DNA from: Salinivirgaceae bacterium | GTDB taxonomy: Bacteria; Bacteroidota; Bacteroidia; Bacteroidales; SZUA-534 | Length of the DNA stretch: 64,000 nucleotides | Assembly (NCBI GenBank): GCA_024405635.1 | Contig: JAKSOL010000010.1 | Location: forward strand, 42,182 to 106,181 | Reading direction: 5' to 3' | Part shown: in pieces, positions 57,633-64,000 of the stretch | Layout of the letters: the number at the start of each line of letters is the position of its first letter | Numbering within the stretch: the first letter of the stretch is position 1 | Position numbers and translations under genes: made by a program | Notes under the pieces: generated by a model | Told to the model about the DNA's origin: nothing | The model's database searches: none | The model's input: the letters and a program-made list of their open reading frames with translations, nothing else

Positions 57633-58001
57633 ATGAAATTCTTGTTCAACTTTATTTCTATAGTCATGATTTGTTTTGCTTCATGTAACGCACAAAATTC
57701 ATACACATCGCTAAACAATGCCGATTTTGCAAAAACAATAAGCAACAAAAATGTTCAGTTAGTTGATGTAAGAACGGCCGATGAGTATTCGGCTGGGCAT
57801 TTGGCCAATGCTATAAACATTGATGTTAAAGAAACTGACTTTACACAAAAAGTTGATTCGTTACTCAATAAAGAGCAACCTGTGGCTGTTTATTGTCGCA
57901 GTGGAAGACGAAGCAAACAAGCTGCCGAAATTCTTGTAAACAAAGGATTTACCGTATTTGAAATGAATACTGGCTACATTAATTATAATGCCAACGAATA
58001 G
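57633..58001 (+). CDS. Rhodanese-like domain (lipo)protein
   Basis: VDVRTADEYSAGHL and VYCRSGRRS; N-terminal FASC. Confidence 0.9.
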   Translation: MKFLFNFISIVMICFASCNAQNSYTSLNNADFAKTISNKNVQLVDVRTADEYSAGHLANAINIDVKETDFTQKVDSLLNKEQPVAVYCRSGRRSKQAAEILVNKGFTVFEMNTGYINYNANE

Positions 58002-58008
58002 AGTTTTT

Positions 58009-58986
58009 CTACTTTCTACTAAATATTCCCATCACCGAGCCTAAACCATACGAAAGGTGCAGTACAAAAAAGGCTATAATAACTAATAGTGGATTGTTTC
58101 CATCGCTGCTTGGACGCCCAAGAGCTACAAGTGCTAATAGGTAAACAAAAATATCGGATGCTAACAAAATGGCGCACCATGGGCCAAACACAACCGAACC
58201 AACCGATAGAAATATTAAGGACAATAAAAATATCATTGGCACAAAATGCCTGATACTTAACGATTTGAAATTACGCGTTATTTTAACTGCTAAAATATTC
58301 CAATAACCATTTTTGTAGTTATTCTGCGCAAGTTTTGAAAAAGTAGTACGCGAAAAGTATGTGCAAGAAAATGTAGGATCGAGCCAAATGTTAAAGCCAG
58401 CCGCTGCCACTCGTCGCGACAATTCAATATCCTGATTTCGAATTAACCGTTCGTTATACACTCCGGCCTTTTCAAACACCTTGCGTTTATACATTCCAAA
58501 CGGCACAGTATCAACCTTAGTCAATTGCGACACTCCGACTCTAAACATTGAGTTGCCAACACCAAATTGATTTCCAAGCACATAAGCAATAGCTCGAGCT
58601 TTAGTTGTATTGTTTCCGGGTTCGGTTTTCAAAACACCGCCAGCCACATCAATTTCTGGTTTATCGGTAAGTTTATCCATTTGAGCGATGTAGCCTTTTG
58701 GATAATCGGCATGGGCACCGGCAATTAGTATCTTGTCAAATTTGGCCGATGCAATGCCAATGTTCATAGCAAATGGCGTTTGCTTTTTGGGATTGTCCAG
58801 CAACTTTACCGATGGGTATTTTGACATAAGTTGCTCTACGATTTGAACTGTTCCATCGGTGCTAATTCCGTCAACCACAAGCACTTCTAGTTGCGACAAG
58901 TCGTACCCATTGTTTACTAACGACATTACACACCGTTCAATGAACATTGCCTCATTTCGGCACGGAACAACTACTGTAACTCCCAT
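58009..58986 (-). CDS. Glycosyltransferase family 2 (ExoA-like)
   Basis: VVVPCRNE, VVDGISTDGT, VDTVPFG and RNQDIE; C-terminal TMs. Confidence 0.9.
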   Translation of the reverse strand: MGVTVVVPCRNEAMFIERCVMSLVNNGYDLSQLEVLVVDGISTDGTVQIVEQLMSKYPSVKLLDNPKKQTPFAMNIGIASAKFDKILIAGAHADYPKGYIAQMDKLTDKPEIDVAGGVLKTEPGNNTTKARAIAYVLGNQFGVGNSMFRVGVSQLTKVDTVPFGMYKRKVFEKAGVYNERLIRNQDIELSRRVAAAGFNIWLDPTFSCTYFSRTTFSKLAQNNYKNGYWNILAVKITRNFKSLSIRHFVPMIFLLSLIFLSVGSVVFGPWCAILLASDIFVYLLALVALGRPSSDGNNPLLVIIAFFVLHLSYGLGSVMGIFSRK

Positions 58987-60110
58987 TATTTCAACAAATA
59001 ATTATATACCGATACTAATTTTTCGGACTGTGTATTCCAATTATATTTTTCGGCAACTGCTCGCACTCCGTTTTGTCCATAATCTGACAATCGATTTACA
59101 TTATCAAGCATTTCAATCACTTGTGTTGTAATGCAATGGCTCTGAACGTCAACGCAAATGCCTGTTCCCGATTCTTCAACATACTTTTTATATAGTGGGA
59201 AATTAGAGACTACAACCGGCAAACCGCGTTGCATATACTCGAATATTTTTGTTGGCAACGACTCGTAATAATTAGGTATAGGATAAAGCATTGCCAAACC
59301 TATTTGAGCATTGTCAACATATTGTTCAACTTGCTCAAAATCAACCTTTCCAACAATATTTACTTTGTTTTCGATATGGTATTGACGAGCCATTTTTAGC
59401 ATTTTTTCTTTAAGGTTCTTATCCCATATTTTTCCAACAATATCAATGGTTGACTCGTAACCATTTGCATTTAAATGGCCAATAAGTTCAACCATTTCAA
59501 GTGCTCCGCGCTCTATTTCAACTGCTCCTACATACACAAATTTAAAAGGGTTGCCGTAGGTTCGTGTTATTAATTGCGCTGTTGATGGCAGTGGATAGTT
59601 TAAAACAACCGTACTTTTTGCTTGCGAATAGTTTTTTAAATACGATTCTTCGGCCAATATTAAGTGGTCAAAAAACAATATCGAAAACCACTCAATAACT
59701 TTATATAATGCTGATACTATTCGGCGGAATGGTTTTGGAATCCAACGTTTGCTTAATATTGAAACGTGCATATTTTCATGCACATCATATATCACTTTTT
59801 TGCCAAACAACTTTAGTAAAACACCGCATGGCAACAATTCAGGATCGTGAAAATGATAAACCTTTGCACGCTGATGTAGTGCCACAACAAGCATATTAAA
59901 CTGGGCGCTAATCATTCGCCAAATTTTGTTGTGCGGCAATTCTACTGGCACAACAATTATATTATTCTTTACTGTTCTTTGCTCAATTGGTGCCACAAGA
60001 CGAACATCAAAACCGGCTTTTGCCAACGACACGCATTCTTTATGAAAGATACGGACATCGAATGGCGGATGCAACGATGTTAGGTGGCAAATTCTTATTT
60101 GTTTTGACAT
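58986..60110 (-). CDS. Glycosyltransferase family 4
   Basis: HPPFDVRIFHKE, HFHDPEL, YDVHE and PTKIFEYM. Confidence 0.9.
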   Translation of the reverse strand: MSKQIRICHLTSLHPPFDVRIFHKECVSLAKAGFDVRLVAPIEQRTVKNNIIVVPVELPHNKIWRMISAQFNMLVVALHQRAKVYHFHDPELLPCGVLLKLFGKKVIYDVHENMHVSILSKRWIPKPFRRIVSALYKVIEWFSILFFDHLILAEESYLKNYSQAKSTVVLNYPLPSTAQLITRTYGNPFKFVYVGAVEIERGALEMVELIGHLNANGYESTIDIVGKIWDKNLKEKMLKMARQYHIENKVNIVGKVDFEQVEQYVDNAQIGLAMLYPIPNYYESLPTKIFEYMQRGLPVVVSNFPLYKKYVEESGTGICVDVQSHCITTQVIEMLDNVNRLSDYGQNGVRAVAEKYNWNTQSEKLVSVYNYLLK

Positions 60111-61399
60111 TGATTTTCTTCTTTTGTTTCGGTCTTCAATTCACTCTCGTACTCATTTACTACGCGCAGCCCCATTAGTCCAACTATTATGTAGCTTATT
60201 ATATCGACCACCGACAAGGCTATCAAAAACGAATATACGCTATTAAATTCAAATAGTAACAAACTGATTATCAACACAAAATATATTATTTGCCAAATTG
60301 ACAAACGGCCAATTTTTTCAAAAGCCGTAAACACCATATTGAATGGAGATACAACAAACTTTAACAAAAACGACCAGGCAAGTATTTGTATATACAATCC
60401 ACTCTCGCGCCATCCTTCGCCAAAAATAAAGGCAATTAACATAGGTGCGAATATGGTTGCAAGCGTGGCAAATGCCAAAGCTCCTATACCGAGCAACGTT
60501 ATTATTCGCAAATAGACGCCCTTAACCGACTCGCGTTTGTTTCTTTTCTCGGAAAAATTTTGAACCAACACTTGCCCCATCGAAGTAGTTACTAACGACA
60601 GAGGCATAATCAATATCATTCGAGCTAAATCAAAAATACCTGTAGTTTGTTCGTCAAACAATCGGTTTACAAAAATAGTTGGCAACATTAAGCACAGAGC
60701 ATTCAAGAATGCGGCTGCACTATTTTGCAACGGAAAAGCCTTGTAATCTATCGCCACTTGTCGCATTCCTGACACCGAAGCCTTTAATTCTCGCGTGTTC
60801 TTATGAACTTTTATTCCTGCGGCTACAGCATTAACAAACTGCCCTACCACATCGCCCATAACCAAACCTATTTTGTGCCCTAACTTACCAACTATGGTTT
60901 GTGTAACACCTTCGGCTATTCGGCGCTCTACTTTGTTTGAGGCTGAAAGCCAAAAAAACTTTAACCGAATTAAATAATAGTTATATGCCTGATATATAGT
61001 AAGAAACAATAGCGAAACAGGTATAAACATTAACCAATTGGCGTATTCTTCAGGATAATTAACCAACACCATTATTGGTTGCCTAAAAAACACAATGGCT
61101 ATTAGTGTAATAAAACTAAACACCAAACCTATAGCAAACGACAAGTGCAATAAATTATACGCCTTTGTTTCATCTGTCGGAAGAATTATGGCTTGCTCGT
61201 AACGTAACGACGACACTGTAGCAATAATGCCAACAATACTCATATAAACCGCAAAGGCACCAAAATCTGATGGATTAAAAATTCGGCGAAGTACTATTTG
61301 GAACACGATTATTATAACCTGCGCCAATGCTGTACCTGAAACCAAAAAACTCAAATTCTTGAGTATTGAATTACTCCAAAATCGATTTAACAAACTCAT
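60095..61399 (-). CDS. Wzx-like oligosaccharide flippase
   Basis: LVSGTALAQ and SLRYEQAIILP; many TM helices. TATATTTG -7 box at 61456-61463 on the minus strand. Confidence 0.85.
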   Translation of the reverse strand: MSLLNRFWSNSILKNLSFLVSGTALAQVIIIVFQIVLRRIFNPSDFGAFAVYMSIVGIIATVSSLRYEQAIILPTDETKAYNLLHLSFAIGLVFSFITLIAIVFFRQPIMVLVNYPEEYANWLMFIPVSLLFLTIYQAYNYYLIRLKFFWLSASNKVERRIAEGVTQTIVGKLGHKIGLVMGDVVGQFVNAVAAGIKVHKNTRELKASVSGMRQVAIDYKAFPLQNSAAAFLNALCLMLPTIFVNRLFDEQTTGIFDLARMILIMPLSLVTTSMGQVLVQNFSEKRNKRESVKGVYLRIITLLGIGALAFATLATIFAPMLIAFIFGEGWRESGLYIQILAWSFLLKFVVSPFNMVFTAFEKIGRLSIWQIIYFVLIISLLLFEFNSVYSFLIALSVVDIISYIIVGLMGLRVVNEYESELKTETKEENQCQNK

Positions 61400-61547
61400 T
61401 TACAACCATCTACAAGCTTTGAATAGCGCAAGTTTCCATGCTCTTTCAAGAGCGACAAATATAGTCAATTTGCCAAGGTTGCATAACGCATCTATCGAAT
61501 AAAGAAAATCATATATTTGAACTCATAAACAACATAAACCTCTATAT

Positions 61548-62672
61548 ATGAGCAACAAAACTCTTCTCATCTTTACAGTTATTTGCACACTAACAGCATG
61601 TACTAAAAGCATTAAAATACCTACCGAATCTGATATGGGTGCATATCTTATGGTCTATCATAAAGATGCCGACCACTCGCTACACATGGCTCTTAGTTAC
61701 GATGGTTACAAATGGTCAGCTCTGCGCAACGACTCCCCCATAATTTGTGGCGACACTATTGCAACCCAACACGGCATTCGTGACCCTCACATTTTTCGTG
61801 GGCCCGATGGCGCTTTTTATCTCGCAATGACCGACTTACATATTTTTGCGCAATCGCGGATGGCAAATAATCCACACTTCTCAAAAATTTCAGAATACCG
61901 CGAAACTCAATGGGAACGTGACGAAATGTATGGTTGGGGCAACAACCATGCACTTGTTCTTTTAAAATCGTTCGACCTTATCAATTGGTCGCGCGCTAAC
62001 ATCGATTTTATTAACCTAACATCGCCAACGGGATTGGTTGACGAAAATGGCAATGAATATAAATGGAGCGATGCAGGTTGCATTTGGGCTCCCGAAATTG
62101 TTTACGATAGTGTAGCTGAACATATAATGATTCACTTTACAGTGCGTATGCATAACGATATGTGTCAAATTTATTACGCTTATGTTAACAACGACTTCAA
62201 CAAACTAATTTCAGAACCTAAAATTCTGTTCCAATCGCCACTAAACGAAAAGGGAATGCCAGCTTACACTGTTATTGATTCTGACATTATCAAAGTTGGC
62301 GACTCATATCATCTTTTTGTTGTTAGCCACGAAGGTGCTGCTCGACCTAAACATGCTACAAGTAAAAACATTACTGGTCCATACGTGTTCGACGATAATT
62401 ATTACGATGGCGAACGCGAAATTCACGAGGCGCCTAATTGTTGGAAACGTATTGGCGAAGACAAATGGATACTTATGTACGACAATTACCACCGTCGTCC
62501 ATCAAACTTCGGTTTTGTTGAGACTTCTGATTTCATTTCATACAAACCATTAGGCTATTTTGACGAAGATACTTGCCCAATGTCTCGCACCAATTTTGAA
62601 GCTCAAAAACATGGAGCTGTAACACAAATAACTATTTCTGAAGCCAAAAAACTCGAAGAATACTACAAATAA
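61548..62672 (+). CDS. Glycoside hydrolase family 43 lipoprotein
   Basis: Lipobox LTAC; GIRDPHI, IWAPE, VIDSDI and HEAP catalytic segments. TATATTTG -7 box at 61512-61519. Confidence 0.85.
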   Translation: MSNKTLLIFTVICTLTACTKSIKIPTESDMGAYLMVYHKDADHSLHMALSYDGYKWSALRNDSPIICGDTIATQHGIRDPHIFRGPDGAFYLAMTDLHIFAQSRMANNPHFSKISEYRETQWERDEMYGWGNNHALVLLKSFDLINWSRANIDFINLTSPTGLVDENGNEYKWSDAGCIWAPEIVYDSVAEHIMIHFTVRMHNDMCQIYYAYVNNDFNKLISEPKILFQSPLNEKGMPAYTVIDSDIIKVGDSYHLFVVSHEGAARPKHATSKNITGPYVFDDNYYDGEREIHEAPNCWKRIGEDKWILMYDNYHRRPSNFGFVETSDFISYKPLGYFDEDTCPMSRTNFEAQKHGAVTQITISEAKKLEEYYK

Positions 62673-62692
62673 TAAGCGAAGGGGGATTTGAA

Positions 62693-62827
62693 TAAGTTTT
62701 AAGTTCTAAGTAGTAAGTTGTTAAGTAATAAGTTTTAAGTTGTTAAGTTCTAAGTTGGCGGTTCAACGATTCAACGATTCACCGCATCAATCGCCAATGG
62801 CTAACAGCCAATGGCCAACAGCTAATC
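62693..62827 (+). repeat. Stacked degenerate short tandem repeats
   Basis: TAAGT(N)2-3 units at 62693-62756; TTCAACGA x2 plus TTCACCGC at 62762-62785; GCYAAYN x5 at 62793-62827. Confidence 0.85.
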
Positions 62828-62877
62828 ATTTCAACGCATCAACAGCAGAACCGTGCATTTTGGTAAAACACACATTC

Positions 62878-63011
62878 CGTAGAGTCGATGCGTGCATCGT
62901 CTTGTATTGTTTTGAATTGATTGGATTTCCTAAAAGACGCCGCGTGCGACGTCTCTACGCATATGTTGGTTGCCTCATTTTACCAAAGACGGGGCGTGCC
63001 CCGTCTCTACG
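62878..63011. repeat. Three GTAG-type REP-like palindromes
   Basis: CGTAGAG followed by a short hairpin at 62878-62902 (+), 62935-62959 (-) and 62987-63011 (-), e.g. CGTAGAGACGGGGCACGCCCCGTCT. Confidence 0.75.
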
Positions 63012-63240
63012 GGTAACAAAAAAGGCATTGCCGTGTGTTGACAATGCCTTTGACTTTTTTGACATGAGAATTAATATAAACTTTACTATTGTCGAATTCT
63101 GGCATACAGTGACCAGAGCCTTCGAATTTTTGACGTATAACGATGCTTGTTAAATCATGTGCTACATTCGAATCGTCAACTTCAGCAAACGAGTACTGAA
63201 ATGCACATATAAACCATATCAACAATAGTAGTTGTTTCAT
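63007..63240 (-). pseudogene. Probable truncated gene (signal peptide plus short N-terminal fragment)
   Basis: MKQLLLLIWFICAFQYSFA signal peptide; the frame runs through a terminator hairpin and stops inside a REP. Confidence 0.45.
63018..63051 (-). terminator. Intrinsic terminator for minus-strand genes
   Basis: AAAGGCATTG...CAATGCCTTT stem with a T-run on the minus strand. Confidence 0.65.
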
Positions 63241-63277
63241 AATTATAACGTTAATCCTTTACGTATCTAATACTACC

Positions 63278-64000
63278 CTAATAATGAAGCGAATAATTAC
63301 CAATTGCTATACCGCCATAATTCTTTGATATAATGTAACAAGTATGTCCTTTTGATCTAAAAAAAGCATATTTGCCTCTTATTAAATTATCGTATTCTAT
63401 CGAAGAATATACTCCTCCTTTAGGAACTGCGTTGAAAACACCTTGATATGTTTCTGTAAAATTGCCGACACTGTCTGTCCATCCGTATGACGAGAATAAT
63501 TCATACACTGCACCGTTAGTTGCAAAATAACGGTTCAATGTAGTGTCTGTATTTCCTAATTTTATTAAATCGTTTTCGTCATACAAGTCCAATGTATCTG
63601 TTTTCGCATTTATTCCTAAATACATCAACAAGTCTTTCCAATCTTCTTCATTTGCTTCATGATATCCTTTAATATATCCATTTATATAAGGAGGAAAAAG
63701 ATAGCTTCCATAACTCCATGCCATCGGATTATATAAATACTCATTATACCCATAAAAATCAATTAACCAACTTTTGTGTACTATTTCCCATGGGGATATC
63801 ATTCTAGTCGAACCCCTATAGTCATCAAGAGTCCAAACCTTATTACCTATTTTTGCAATTCTGTAAATATTGAATTCATAGTCACATACACAATTCTGTT
63901 TGTCCATCAATATGCCACGAATGGTGTCTTTTACACTAATTGTGTTTTCTCCAACTGGAACGGCAACATCAAAGCAGAAATCGTATATAACAGGGTCGTA
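63278..64000 (-). CDS. FISUMP (Fibrobacter succinogenes major paralogous) domain protein, 5' part outside the window, with an early TAG
   Basis: Frame is open to the window edge. YRIAKIGNKVWTL, GYHEANEEDWKDLLMYLG and FNAVPKGG match the family; GSIRYVKD-TAA follows the TAG in frame. Confidence 0.75.
   Translation of the reverse strand, partial: YDPVIYDFCFDVAVPVGENTISVKDTIRGILMDKQNCVCDYEFNIYRIAKIGNKVWTLDDYRGSTRMISPWEIVHKSWLIDFYGYNEYLYNPMAWSYGSYLFPPYINGYIKGYHEANEEDWKDLLMYLGINAKTDTLDLYDENDLIKLGNTDTTLNRYFATNGAVYELFSSYGWTDSVGNFTETYQGVFNAVPKGGVYSSIEYDNLIRGKYAFFRSKGHTCYIISKNYGGIAIGNYSLHY

Noticed and set aside
62693-63011. CRISPR array
   Set aside because: The units are 7-8-mers or three divergent palindromes in mixed orientation, with no constant repeat-spacer period and no cas genes.
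62740-63153. 137-aa plus-strand ORF
   Set aside because: It is a translation of tandem repeats, REPs and a terminator (e.g. SPMANSQWPTAN), not a plausible protein.
63278-63280. Genome-wide TAG recoding or pyrrolysine as the explanation for the early stop
   Set aside because: uxuA (30274), porP (42281) and bcp (42754) end at TAG at family-typical positions, and no pyl genes are in the window.
63251-64000. A complete diversity-generating retroelement in this window
   Set aside because: I found no reverse transcriptase, Avd or template repeat; it is kept only as a hypothesis to test outside the window.

Overview
Chromosomal window from an AT-rich Bacteroidota genome. The evidence for the phylum is repeated TAnnTTTG -7 promoter boxes, a type IX secretion cargo/PorP pair and Bacteroidales-like housekeeping genes; a Marinilabiliales/Salinivirgaceae-like lineage is my impression only. 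Left to right: (1) a minus-strand surface-glycan locus (LicD, TagD-like/Gfo fusion, TagF-like transferase, Wzx flippase, partial YfhO); (2) housekeeping genes (aminotransferase, yggS, proB, a ~1575-aa hypothetical, prmA); (3) etfB-etfA-acyl-CoA dehydrogenase; (4) a DUF6057-like membrane protein plus a TolB-like beta-propeller lipoprotein carrying CxxCH and a terminal DALSGAT motif; (5) a LacI-GH67-uxuB-uxuA glucuronate operon; (6) DMT and ABC-F genes; (7) a structured intergenic region ahead of a 2461-aa PKD-repeat T9SS adhesin and PorP/SprF; (8) a Crp/Fnr - GldM-C-like - two secreted paralogues - output-less Cache/HAMP/GAF/PAS cluster with a divergent receiver; (9) ABC-F, nth, a hydrolase, an orphan SiaC, a vWA protein and fabG; (10) a second glycosylation mini-locus and GH43; (11) a repeat-rich junction (short tandem arrays, GTAG REPs) before a FISUMP gene with an amber stop 8 codons short of its canonical end. 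I saw no rRNA, tRNA, CRISPR array, transposase or integrase. The best candidates for undescribed biology are the Crp/GldM-like/output-less sensor module, the DUF6057-TolB pair with heme- and FMN-attachment-like motifs, and the pseudoknot-like RNA upstream of the adhesin. All family calls come from motif recognition by eye, not database searches.
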